Source of the DNA: Candidatus Kaiserbacteria bacterium
GTDB taxonomy: Bacteria > Patescibacteriota > Minisyncoccia > Phycocordibacterales > UBA2100
DNA length: 64,000 nucleotides
Assembly: GCA_003164215.1 (NCBI GenBank)
Contig: PLSR01000017.1
Span: 28,656-92,655 of the forward strand
Direction of reading: 5' to 3'
Shown: positions 1 to 8,767 of the stretch, piece by piece
How positions within the stretch are numbered: position 1 is the first letter of the stretch
Layout: every line of letters begins with the position of its first letter
Notes under the pieces: generated by a model
The model's database searches: none
Told to the model about the DNA's origin: nothing
The model's input: only the letters and a program-made list of their open reading frames with translations
Translations under genes and position numbers: made by a program

Positions 1-70
1 TGAAGCACAGTTGCAGACCCTTCTTGCTGAGATCACCGCGCTCGGCGCGACGACCACACAAACTCAGTAA
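1..70 (+). CDS. 3' end of a CDS truncated by the window edge
   Basis: Open frame ...EAQLQTLLAEITALGATTTQTQ ending in TAA at 68-70. Confidence 0.5.
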   Translation, partial: EAQLQTLLAEITALGATTTQTQ

Positions 71-109
71 TCCTTTGGATTGTCAGGGACAATATTATTA
101 TTTGATCTT

Positions 110-471
110 CGTGACGCGGACCTCGTCAGAGCTGATCCTTGCAAGGCATTTTGTATCCCGATACCCGCTAAAATGCCCTGTTGGTAACTCGCTTCGCAAC
201 CCCCTAATACTAAGCTAGGGTCTTGGACGGTACCCGAGTCGGGGGTATCATGTTCCTTACACATCCCATAACGGCCCGAAAGGGTAACGGCCTAAACCTT
301 CAGCAATGAGGGCATGGTCGCGGAATCGCGTTCAACATAGACAACCCGTCATTCAGGGCGTTGAACGCGTTATATGGGGAAACTCATATAGGGCCTTCGG
401 GCCTCCTGGTGGCGGGCTTTGTGTATTCAAAGTCCATTCTCCAAGGAGGCGATTATAAGCTTTGTAATCGC
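110..471 (+). ncRNA. Candidate large structured ncRNA of unrecognised family
   Basis: Intergenic run of hairpins: GCCC-GAAA-GGGT; CGGCCTAAA-CCTTCA-GCAA-TGAGGG-CATGGTCG (11-nt-receptor-like); CGCGTTCAAC/GTTGAACGCG; TATATGGG-GAAA-CTCATATA; GGCC-TTCG-GGCC. G.U pairs favour the + strand. Confidence 0.6.
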
Positions 472-481
472 ACACAATGAT

Positions 482-1123
482 ATGTCCAATGACAATCAGT
501 CCTCCGAGGTTAAGACAAAAAATATCACGTTCGGTTTTGTGATCGCATGGATCTTTGCAGTCATCGTCGGTATTCCCGGCATCATGATGCTGTTTGAATC
601 TGGCAATCAAGTTGCCGGTTTGCTCTTTATCCTCGCGGCACTCGTGGCGTTGCCGCCCTTCAATGCGTTCATTAAGAGCAAGAGCAATATTGGTCTCTCT
701 GGCGGCCTCCGCTTCGCCCTCATCGTCGTGCTTTGCATCGTCGCGGGTGTAGTTGCATCAAAAGGACCCGCATCCTCTTCGGATGTTTCCGTTCCGGCCG
801 CATCTGACGCCGCCGCAGGAACGCAACAGGCCGCACCGCAAGTCCTCCTCAATATCAAAGGTAACGGTACCAAGACGACACAGACCTTTATTACCGCCGG
901 AGCATGGGATCTCTCATATACGTACGACTGTTCCAACTTCGGTGCCCAGCAGGGCAACTTCATAGTGTACGTGTATAACAGCGACGGATCGATGTCACTC
1001 AGCAACACCGGCGTGAACCAACTCGGCAAGAGCGGATCTGACGTTAATCATTACCACACCGGCGGCTCCTTCTATCTCACCATCAACTCCGAGTGCGCGT
1101 GGACGGTGACCGTGACGGGGTAG
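482..1123 (+). CDS. Membrane protein with three TM helices and a C-terminal beta-rich extracellular domain
   Basis: Hydrophobic N-terminal half, Ala/Ser linker, Cys-paired C-terminal domain; start placed at MSND. Confidence 0.7.
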   Translation: MSNDNQSSEVKTKNITFGFVIAWIFAVIVGIPGIMMLFESGNQVAGLLFILAALVALPPFNAFIKSKSNIGLSGGLRFALIVVLCIVAGVVASKGPASSSDVSVPAASDAAAGTQQAAPQVLLNIKGNGTKTTQTFITAGAWDLSYTYDCSNFGAQQGNFIVYVYNSDGSMSLSNTGVNQLGKSGSDVNHYHTGGSFYLTINSECAWTVTVTG

Positions 1124-1133
1124 GCCCCGTACT

Positions 1134-1868
1134 ATGATCAACGAGGCGATCAACTCGAAGATACTCGCGACTTGGAACAAGCACTTTGGCGCGAATGACG
1201 AAGTGCTTGCCCCGATCTTCTACGATGACTTCAAACAAGGAGGCTTGCTATTCGTCGGCATGAACCCATCGTTCAATCCGAAAGGGATGCGTGCGATCTT
1301 GCGCGGAACGGAGTTCGAGAAGCTTGATTTTGAATCTTTTTCCAAATGGAGCACTGCTATGTCGGATCCCACTCACGTCGATACCTCCATACGCATGGGG
1401 CGGCTCGTCAAAGAAAAATACTCTCCCCTCAAGCGCATGCATGAGATCGCGAAGGAGTGCAACACGCATTTCCAGCACATCGACCTCTTCGTATATCGGC
1501 AGACGAATCAAAACGAATTTCTGCCGCTCATTCGTGATACAAAGCGGGTGCTCAACGAATTTGGACGCGACCAGCTTGAGATATTTCTTGAGGCGCTCAA
1601 GGAGATACGACCTGAAGCCATCGTCGTTTCCAATGCCGGTTCCTGCGGAATCATACGGGAGCATTTCAAAGACAAGTTATTCTTCGACGAGCATCGCGGA
1701 TTCCACTGGCTCACATTGGACACCGAGCGCGTACCGGTTTTCTTTTCCTCCATGCTGAGCGGCCAGCGGGCGCTCGATACCGGATCATACGAGCGCCTCA
1801 AGTGGCACGTAGTACAAGCCGCAGGCAAACGACCGCCCGCGCGATTGAGCGTGAAGATTGAAATCTAA
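1134..1868 (+). CDS. Uracil-DNA glycosylase-like superfamily protein
   Basis: LLFVGMNPS motif-A-like segment and EIRPEAIVV strand typical of the UDG fold. Confidence 0.55.
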   Translation: MINEAINSKILATWNKHFGANDEVLAPIFYDDFKQGGLLFVGMNPSFNPKGMRAILRGTEFEKLDFESFSKWSTAMSDPTHVDTSIRMGRLVKEKYSPLKRMHEIAKECNTHFQHIDLFVYRQTNQNEFLPLIRDTKRVLNEFGRDQLEIFLEALKEIRPEAIVVSNAGSCGIIREHFKDKLFFDEHRGFHWLTLDTERVPVFFSSMLSGQRALDTGSYERLKWHVVQAAGKRPPARLSVKIEI

Positions 1869-1885
1869 CGCTTTCCCAAGAGGAA

Positions 1886-3352
1886 TTAATAGAGCGGAAT
1901 ATACCTCGGCACGACGGGCGGCTTTTGCACAACACTCAGTACGAGATTCACGAACGCATCGGACAGATCGTCGTGTTTCTCGACGCCGAAGTGAATCATT
2001 TGATTGAGGAGTGCCTCGACCCTGCTTCTTGGAAAAAGGATTCTACCTTCCTTGATCATATTCGCGGTGAGATAGAGCCTCGTGCGCTTGTCTTTAGAGC
2101 CGGGATGAACAGTCTGTACGTTCTTGAACCCCTCAGCCTTCAGTTGTTGGGGGAGGGCCGCTTGATACCCGCCGATCTCGACGATGAACGTCGGCTTCTT
2201 TGACCCCTCGGTATATTTGCGTTCGAGCGCCTTGCAGAGGTCAATTGTCTCAGGGAAGGTGATTCTACGGTTTACGATGTCGGGCAAGATGTACACTTTC
2301 GTATCCTTGCCGTCGCCGAAAAGCAGTCCGGGCACCATAGCGGTGTAGTCGGCCGTGTCTTGTTGCGATATCGCAGGATCGATGCCGATGCGAACGCTGG
2401 CATGCTTGGTATATCCGAACTCATCGCGCTCACTGCGATCGGGCAACTCATCGTAGTACTTGATCCATTCGCGGCGAATGACCTGTTCGTCGCGCGGCAC
2501 GTTCTCCAGGAGATACTCCTGCCGCCATGCCAAGTCGCTCACGACGCTTTGCCGTAGCTCCTCTATTTTCTCCGGCGTGTCGAATTTCTCCGGCCACAGC
2601 GGCTTGCCGTCTTTGATGAGCGGAAACCAACGATACAGTCCCTTCAATTCACCTTTGTCCATTTTGTCCTTCAACCGCATGACAAGCGAATCCTCGTGGA
2701 GAAAGTTGCCAACCATCATGATACGCGTACCGATGTCGCCGAGCGGCGCAATCTCGCGGGTGAACCAGTCGAAGAGCTTGTTGCGACCCTCGATCGTCTT
2801 GACCGAGTTCACGTCCTCAATATCGTCCAAGATCAAGAGGTCGGGACGGTGCTCGTGGTGCCTAATGCCGCGTATCGACTGGTCGATGGACGCGATAGTG
2901 AGTCTCGCGCCGGTGTTTTGGAAGACGAGCGATGAGATCGCCCATTGATCGTTGCTCGTTTCCTCGCGGAAGGGTCCGAGGTCGCTTCGCAAGAGCGTGT
3001 TTTGCTCCAGCTCATACTTGATGTTGGCCATTTGCTGCCTCGCTTGTGACTGGGTCTGGCAGATGATGAGTACAAACTTGCGCTGTTGCGCTCCCAAGAT
3101 TGCCCATAATGAGTAGGAGAATGTTATCAGCGTCGACTTGCCCGAGCCGCGAAACGCGACGATGCACGAAAGCTTGTTCGACATATCCTCGGTGATGCGG
3201 AATATCTCTTTTTGAAACTCCGCTACCGGATACTTGATGTAGTGCGGAAAGTAGGTGTGGAAGAACAGCACGTGGCTCTCGCGCACGACGAACTGCCGCA
3301 CCGTGCGGTCTTTGGCGAGCGCCTCCTGCAGTTCTTTTTCACTCAGATTCAT
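1886..3352 (-). CDS. Phage terminase large subunit
   Basis: Walker A FRGSGKST, Walker B LLILDD, nuclease motifs IGIDPA and HDDLSDA. Confidence 0.9.
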   Translation of the reverse strand: MNLSEKELQEALAKDRTVRQFVVRESHVLFFHTYFPHYIKYPVAEFQKEIFRITEDMSNKLSCIVAFRGSGKSTLITFSYSLWAILGAQQRKFVLIICQTQSQARQQMANIKYELEQNTLLRSDLGPFREETSNDQWAISSLVFQNTGARLTIASIDQSIRGIRHHEHRPDLLILDDIEDVNSVKTIEGRNKLFDWFTREIAPLGDIGTRIMMVGNFLHEDSLVMRLKDKMDKGELKGLYRWFPLIKDGKPLWPEKFDTPEKIEELRQSVVSDLAWRQEYLLENVPRDEQVIRREWIKYYDELPDRSERDEFGYTKHASVRIGIDPAISQQDTADYTAMVPGLLFGDGKDTKVYILPDIVNRRITFPETIDLCKALERKYTEGSKKPTFIVEIGGYQAALPQQLKAEGFKNVQTVHPGSKDKRTRLYLTANMIKEGRILFPRSRVEALLNQMIHFGVEKHDDLSDAFVNLVLSVVQKPPVVPRYIPLY

Positions 3353-3734
3353 GATGTTCGGTGAATGCCTTCGCCAACGCAATGAGCGTAGCGGATTTCT
3401 CGACCTGCTCGGGCGTCATCTCCCGCACAGTCTCGAGTGTACCCTCGATCTCCAGTCGGTTGCGATATTCCGCGCGGTAGGTTTTCAGCCACAGTCTGAT
3501 GGAGCGGTAGTCGCTCATCTTTATCATGTTCATGAGCTGTCCCTCGGCGATGTCCGAGATGAAATCGCGCCCGTCGTACACGGCGGCGTCGACCGCCGCC
3601 GCGAATTTCGGATCCTTTTTCTTCCATTCGTAGAACGCGGTCCTGCCGATGCCCGTCTTAGCACAGGCGACCTCGACGACCGGCGTTTTCTTCAGCTCCT
3701 CGATCACTTTCTTTTTTATCACCGCGCTCTTCAT
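3339..3734 (-). CDS. Terminase small subunit-like HTH protein
   Basis: VACAKTGIGRTAFYEWKKKDPKF HTH; overlaps the terL start. Confidence 0.75.
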   Translation of the reverse strand: MKSAVIKKKVIEELKKTPVVEVACAKTGIGRTAFYEWKKKDPKFAAAVDAAVYDGRDFISDIAEGQLMNMIKMSDYRSIRLWLKTYRAEYRNRLEIEGTLETVREMTPEQVEKSATLIALAKAFTEHHESE

Positions 3735-5080
3735 ATCTTTTCGGCCTTGAGCCCCGTGAGTTTCTCCAGGCGTTTGAGGATTACGGCGGTGTAAACGTTG
3801 CTCTTCTCCATGAGATAGCAGCGGCGCTTCATCTTGAGCGCGGCAGCTGCCGTAGAACCGCTACCACCGTAGGGCTCAAAAATCACATCGCCGCGCTTGC
3901 TAAGGACTTTGAGGTACGGGATGAGTATTTCCACCGGCTTGGTGCCGAAGATAATGCCTTGGCCCGACGACTTCTCATCAGCCGCGATGTGCTCGATGAA
4001 ATCAGTCGGGCAGTACTTCTTGCCCTTCGCGTACGGCTCCCAGTGCGGCTTACCCGAACTGGCGAAGAGCGCCGTTTCGTACTCTTCTTGAAGCAGTGGC
4101 TCCTCCGGCTCGAGGTTAAGGCCAACGTGGCCCGAGGTACCCACGAGCGCGATGTCGTGCTTGTTAAAAAACTTGTACTTCGCGCTAAAGCCCTGGACTC
4201 TGTTAGGTAGGTGCCAGACTATCGTGTTGCGATATCTCCAGTGCACCTCGAGCGCATTCCATATGGTGCGAAGGTTTTTGGGATGCTCGAAGATGATTAT
4301 CGAGAAGTCCGGCTTTTGAACCTTTGTCACATTGGCCATCCAGAGGTCGCTAAAGTTCTCCGGCAGTGTCTCGGTGCCCAGGTAGACGCGGTTTTTCTTC
4401 GCGCCGAACCCGCGCGTGACGCCGTCTTTCTGCTTCGTTTTGCCTTTGAGATAGTCCAAAATATAGGGAGGGTCGGTTAGGCACATGTCGGCTTTCTCGC
4501 CGTCCATGAGCGCGAGTACATCCGCTTCGACGGTGCTATCGCCGTTCATCACGATGGCGTCGCCCACACGAAAGCGATCACCGTGCTTGATATCGACGTT
4601 CGTAATTTCGAGCTTCGCAAGCTCCTTCGCGAGATCAAACACCTCCGGCTGCTCGTCGATTCCGAAGATGTCATCGAGTTCTTCGGAGCTAAACCCGATG
4701 CCCGCGAGAATGGACTCGTCGAACTCGGCGAGCGCCTTGAGATCGAACTCCGCCACGTTTTTATTCAACCGAATGATGAGCTCGGCCTCGCGCGTGGGAT
4801 CGGAGATGGTGATATACACGACCGGCACGGTTTCGTAGTGAAGTTCCTTCAGCACTTCGGCTCTCAGATTTCCTCCCAAAATTATTTTCTCGCGTCCTGG
4901 CGCGTTATTCACTATGAGGGGGTCGACGATGCCGTATCCCTTTATCGACTCCTTGACCTGCGCGATGACCTCCTTCGACCAGACGCGAGGATTTTTCTCG
5001 GGGTGCCGCAGTGACGCGAGTGGCACGTAATCGATCTTTAATGTGGCTGATACTGGCGCACTATGGATTGTTTTGTCCAT
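3731..5080 (-). CDS. ParB-like N-terminal domain fused to N6-A/N4-C DNA methyltransferase
   Basis: NPR...GIVDPLIV...ILGGNLR ParB motif; TDPPY and FEPYGGSGST MTase motifs in beta order. Confidence 0.9.
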   Translation of the reverse strand: MDKTIHSAPVSATLKIDYVPLASLRHPEKNPRVWSKEVIAQVKESIKGYGIVDPLIVNNAPGREKIILGGNLRAEVLKELHYETVPVVYITISDPTREAELIIRLNKNVAEFDLKALAEFDESILAGIGFSSEELDDIFGIDEQPEVFDLAKELAKLEITNVDIKHGDRFRVGDAIVMNGDSTVEADVLALMDGEKADMCLTDPPYILDYLKGKTKQKDGVTRGFGAKKNRVYLGTETLPENFSDLWMANVTKVQKPDFSIIIFEHPKNLRTIWNALEVHWRYRNTIVWHLPNRVQGFSAKYKFFNKHDIALVGTSGHVGLNLEPEEPLLQEEYETALFASSGKPHWEPYAKGKKYCPTDFIEHIAADEKSSGQGIIFGTKPVEILIPYLKVLSKRGDVIFEPYGGSGSTAAAALKMKRRCYLMEKSNVYTAVILKRLEKLTGLKAEKI

Positions 5081-5100
5081 GGTATTAATGGTTACGCAAC

Positions 5101-5210
5101 GAAAAAACGCCCAGACACGCACCCGACCGTAAGGTCAGATATGTGTCTGGGCGTTCCAGACGATGCTCTTCTAATTGTGGCTCACAGAACTACCTGCGCC
5201 TATTATAGCA
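5101..5210 (-). promoter_or_regulatory. Extended -10 promoter, ~90-nt leader and intrinsic terminator upstream of the MTase
   Basis: TGCTATAAT at 5210-5202; stem AACGCCCAGACAC/GTGTCTGGGCGTT (5106-5155) running into a U-tract. Confidence 0.65.
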
Positions 5211-5214
5211 TGCC

Positions 5215-5493
5215 CTAGGAAAGCGCACTATTGTCGGCCACTCCAATGGTCTCCGCGACGTGCGCGACGATATGCTCCGTCCCGCAGTCGGGGCAGGTTA
5301 TGGTCACGGTTGAGGGGTTGCCGCCCGGTTTGACGGTCTGGTAGCGCGGGCGTCCTTGTTTGGGGTGCACCATGAACTCAATGGCGTTCGTCGCCAAGTC
5401 CTTCTTATATATGGTCGTCCCGCAGTCGCATCGACCGGTACGGACGACTCTGCTATCCCCTTGGGGGATGAGCTTTATGACATCATTATCCAT
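5215..5493 (-). CDS. Small Zn-ribbon protein
   Basis: CDC...CPDC cysteine pairs; TAAAAT 6 nt before ATG. Confidence 0.7.
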   Translation of the reverse strand: MDNDVIKLIPQGDSRVVRTGRCDCGTTIYKKDLATNAIEFMVHPKQGRPRYQTVKPGGNPSTVTITCPDCGTEHIVAHVAETIGVADNSALS

Positions 5494-5895
5494 ACCTGCA
5501 TTTTACCACGCAACGGTTTTTATCGAAAAAGCGAACACGCCGTACTGGGCCTTTTCGTGTTCGGTTTGTTCGGTTTTGAAATTAGACCCCGACACACAAT
5601 CCTCAAAATCATCATTCGCGGAATCGCTCAAAAACCCTTACACTGATTGATGACCATGGGTACTTAACCCATGTCGCCGCTTGAAAATCCCAGTACGGTA
5701 TCGCTCCGCCTATTCCGTCGCAAAAATGATAGGGGAATCTCCCGAATCGCTTGGAACCGACCCATACCGGCCCCCATCAGCCGGACATACTATATAGACG
5801 CCAAAAAACCTTGTGATGCTTGACCGGTGGGGTACGGTATCGCCACGGGCAACAAATTCGAACTTCTCTATGCTCGGCGTGATAAAATTGCGCTC

Positions 5896-6555
5896 ATGGA
5901 TGTGAACAAAAAAATACGGTTGGCGAGCGTTTTTGGCATCTGTTTTCTTGTTATCACCGTCATTAAACAACTCCTCACTCCTGGATTGCATCAACTGCAG
6001 CCTGCATCGTATGCGGCGTTCTATGCGTACTTTTTCGCGTTCGCGATCCTCATGATATTTTTTTTCGGAACCTACCTCCTCTCGTTCGGCGGTTATCTGC
6101 TTCTTGCACGTAAATACCGCATTCGTGGACTCACGACCGGGGCACTGATCTTGATGGGAGCGACCGCGATCCTCTGCGTCGCAATTCTGGTGAGCTCGTT
6201 GCAAATGGATCTGCAGGGCGATGCGACGATCGCCAACGACATTGCGGCTTTGGCGCTCGGATTCTATATGATCGACCCGTTCGTCATCGGACTTTTGACG
6301 ATGCGTCTGAAAGGGGATCTCGGCGGTATTGCGTACGGCCCCGTAACTGTCGGTGCCGCTATTGCACTGTACGGGATCTATTCCTACGGTTTACCGATGC
6401 TGGGAAGTCAGCCGATAGCGTTCTTGGGGAATTTCGTTTTCATTCCCATTCCTGAGGCGGCATATGTAATCGCGAGCATTCTTCTTTTTCGCAAAGCAGC
6501 CCGTGGAGAAGAAGGAAGGGGAGTCAACAAGCCCCGTGCTATCCTTAACGTATGA
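5896..6555 (+). CDS. Multi-pass membrane protein
   Basis: About six hydrophobic segments; TAAAAT 7 nt before ATG 5896. Confidence 0.7.
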   Translation: MDVNKKIRLASVFGICFLVITVIKQLLTPGLHQLQPASYAAFYAYFFAFAILMIFFFGTYLLSFGGYLLLARKYRIRGLTTGALILMGATAILCVAILVSSLQMDLQGDATIANDIAALALGFYMIDPFVIGLLTMRLKGDLGGIAYGPVTVGAAIALYGIYSYGLPMLGSQPIAFLGNFVFIPIPEAAYVIASILLFRKAARGEEGRGVNKPRAILNV

Positions 6556-7037
6556 ACAAAGCCGAAGACAAATCATTCGCGGTGCTTCGCATCATCTTTG
6601 GCGTCATCTGGCTCATTGATGCGTCGTTCAAATGGAATCCCACGTTCATCAATAACTTCACGGACTACCTGACGGGGGGAGCCGAGGGTCAGCCCGCGCT
6701 CATTCAAGCGTGGATCAATTTGTGGGTAAAAGGTGTAAGTATTGATCCGCATTTTTTTGCAGTTCTCGTGGCTATCTGCGAGACCGCGCTCGCGCTCAGC
6801 CTTATGTTCGGATTTCTAACTGAAATCGGCATCGCGGGCGGCATTGCGCTTACACTCGTTATTTGGACCACTGCCGAGGGATTTGGTGGACCGTACGTCG
6901 CCGGGTCGACCGATATCGGAGGCGCTATTATTTATGTGATCGTTTTCGTTGCCCTGTGGCTCGGTAGATGTTGGCGTCAGTACAGTCTTGATCCGTACAT
7001 ACGGAAAATGTTGCCATTCTTATACTGGCGTTGGTAA
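6552..7037 (+). CDS. DoxX/DoxD-like membrane protein
   Basis: LRIIFGVIWLIDASFKW...EGFGGPY...STDIGG pattern. Confidence 0.65.
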   Translation: MNKAEDKSFAVLRIIFGVIWLIDASFKWNPTFINNFTDYLTGGAEGQPALIQAWINLWVKGVSIDPHFFAVLVAICETALALSLMFGFLTEIGIAGGIALTLVIWTTAEGFGGPYVAGSTDIGGAIIYVIVFVALWLGRCWRQYSLDPYIRKMLPFLYWRW

Positions 7038-7088
7038 TGACCCCGCTATGGTGTCTGACTCCGAAGCAAGTGGCTATATAATTTCCCC

Positions 7089-7712
7089 ATGCGCTCTGCC
7101 AACCGATCTCGGCTCAGGATGCTGAAGCGCTTCAGCTTCTTTATCTCGATCGTGGTGGTCGCTCTTCTGCTCGCACTGATATTCTTCAGTATTCATGACG
7201 AAGCTTCGGTGCTCACTTACGCACGGAAACAGATCCCGTTACCGACCGCCGAGAACCCTAATTTCCTGATGCAGGTCATGGATTGTTTCCTGCCGACCGC
7301 AGCCGTTTATGGATATGATCTGCGCATCACCGCCGGTTTTCGTTCGTTTGCACAACAGCAACAGATATATGATGAGGGGCGCACAGAGGATGGCAACATC
7401 GTCTCAGAAGCGCCGCCGGGGCACAGCTTGCACAACTATGGGTACGCGGTCGACGTCGTCGATCGGCTGCGGGGGTACGATATCGACTGGGCGCAGTTGA
7501 TACGCATCGGTCAGTATTGCTCGCTCGAATCCGGCGGGCCGGGCGACCTGCCGCATTTTGAATATCGCGGCGGCCTCACGACCGATCAATTCGCCGAAGG
7601 AATGCGGCCGCCGCCCTTGACGTTGCCGTGCGCGGTCATGGCGGAGCGCACGGCCTCGAGTTCGCCGCTTACCATGAGCGATCTCAACGCGTGCGGTGCG
7701 CCGAAGTTTTGA
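7089..7712 (+). CDS. M15 family peptidoglycan peptidase (CwlK-like)
   Basis: GFRS..QQ.IY..GRT, SLHNYGYAVD, DLPHFE; N-terminal TM. Confidence 0.85.
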   Translation: MRSANRSRLRMLKRFSFFISIVVVALLLALIFFSIHDEASVLTYARKQIPLPTAENPNFLMQVMDCFLPTAAVYGYDLRITAGFRSFAQQQQIYDEGRTEDGNIVSEAPPGHSLHNYGYAVDVVDRLRGYDIDWAQLIRIGQYCSLESGGPGDLPHFEYRGGLTTDQFAEGMRPPPLTLPCAVMAERTASSSPLTMSDLNACGAPKF

Positions 7713-7758
7713 ACTCGACCCAACTTCACCTCTCGATGGAGTGTTATATAATGTAGTC

Positions 7759-8223
7759 ATGCAACCGAGCGAAGCATCCGCGAACCGAACATCAAAGATC
7801 TTCAGATGGGTCCAGATCCTATCCTCGATCGGAGTGCTCCTCGCCCTGTATTTGCTCTGGGAACAGCTCTCTCATTCGCCGTTCAAGCCGTGCGATATCA
7901 ATAGTATCGTGAATTGCGATGCGATCATCTCGGGCGCCGTCTCGAAAACGCTCGGCGTTCCGACGCCGCTCTATGGTCTCATCGGATATATCGTTATTTT
8001 TATCTCGGCGACGTTCCAATGGAAACGCGTGCTCTTAGGGATGGCGACGTTCGGGCTCGCTTTTTGCCTGTGGATCGGATCCATAGAGATCTTCCAACTG
8101 CACGTAGTGTGCCCCGTGTGCATCACCTGCCAGCTCGTCATGATCACGGTGTTCGTGCTCGGGATCCTTCTACAACGAAAGTCCGTGCTTGGAACGGGAG
8201 GGGGTGATACACTTTCTGTATGA
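7759..8223 (+). CDS. Vitamin K epoxide reductase (VKOR) family protein
   Basis: CDINSIVNC and CPVC motifs with four TM helices. Confidence 0.85.
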   Translation: MQPSEASANRTSKIFRWVQILSSIGVLLALYLLWEQLSHSPFKPCDINSIVNCDAIISGAVSKTLGVPTPLYGLIGYIVIFISATFQWKRVLLGMATFGLAFCLWIGSIEIFQLHVVCPVCITCQLVMITVFVLGILLQRKSVLGTGGGDTLSV

Positions 8224-8459
8224 ATGGATTTGATCCGACATACGGTCTGGTGGGTTTCGTCCAAACGAATGGGCTGCTCTTCGCGGTCTTGACGTTGTGG
8301 AGTCTCTTCTGGAAAGGGCTCGCGCTCTGGCATTCCGGTCGCCGCGGTCAACCGTGGTGGTTCGTGATATTGCTCATCCTCAACACCGTCGGCATTCTCG
8401 AGATCATCTATCTTTTCGCGATCTGCAAACTGAAGTTCTCGCAACTATTTTCGAAATAA
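8220..8459 (+). CDS. DUF5652-like small membrane protein
   Basis: WSLFWKGLALW...WF...NTVGILEIIYLF. Confidence 0.8.
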   Translation: MNGFDPTYGLVGFVQTNGLLFAVLTLWSLFWKGLALWHSGRRGQPWWFVILLILNTVGILEIIYLFAICKLKFSQLFSK

Positions 8460-8717
8460 TCGGCTCGTGATCTCGACGATCTTTTGGCTTGATGTGTGCC
8501 CCGAGATGATGCGGATATCATTTGCGCGAACTCCGAAGTGTTTCGCTAATATTCGGATGATCGCATCGTTGGCCTTTCCGTCGGTCGGTGTCGCTTTGAC
8601 CGAGACTTTGTACGTTGGAATACCGGCTCTTATTGTATCGGTGTTGCCTGAAAGGGGCTTTATTTCCTCAACTTTTTCAACCTTCGCCTGTGGCTTCGCT
8701 TTGATGATTATTCTCAT
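8445..8717 (-). CDS. DUF167 (YggU-like) protein
   Basis: VKATPTDGKANDAII..LAKHFGV...IISGHTS. Confidence 0.85.
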   Translation of the reverse strand: MRIIIKAKPQAKVEKVEEIKPLSGNTDTIRAGIPTYKVSVKATPTDGKANDAIIRILAKHFGVRANDIRIISGHTSSQKIVEITSRLFRK

Positions 8718-8767
8718 ATGAGTTTTGTCACCATGACCGCGTAGCGTGATAGAATTGTGCTATCGCT

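Larger units (their letters stand above)
1..5700. mobile_element. Phage-like terminase/ParB-MTase island, left boundary outside the window
   Basis: Zn-ribbon, MTase, terS, terL operon on the - strand with convergent cargo genes. Confidence 0.7.

Noticed and set aside
268-325. c-di-GMP-I riboswitch call for the GAAA/receptor pair
   Set aside because: The GGCAAA and CGCAAAGC core segments and P1 are absent, so it is kept as an unknown RNA.
5685-5710. TCGCTCCGCC as an att duplicate of the tRNA-Ser 3' end
   Set aside because: Only about 7 nt match, which is expected by chance.
8618-8660. Possible palindromic insert in the DUF167 gene
   Set aside because: The pairing is short and imperfect, and it cannot be supported without an alignment.
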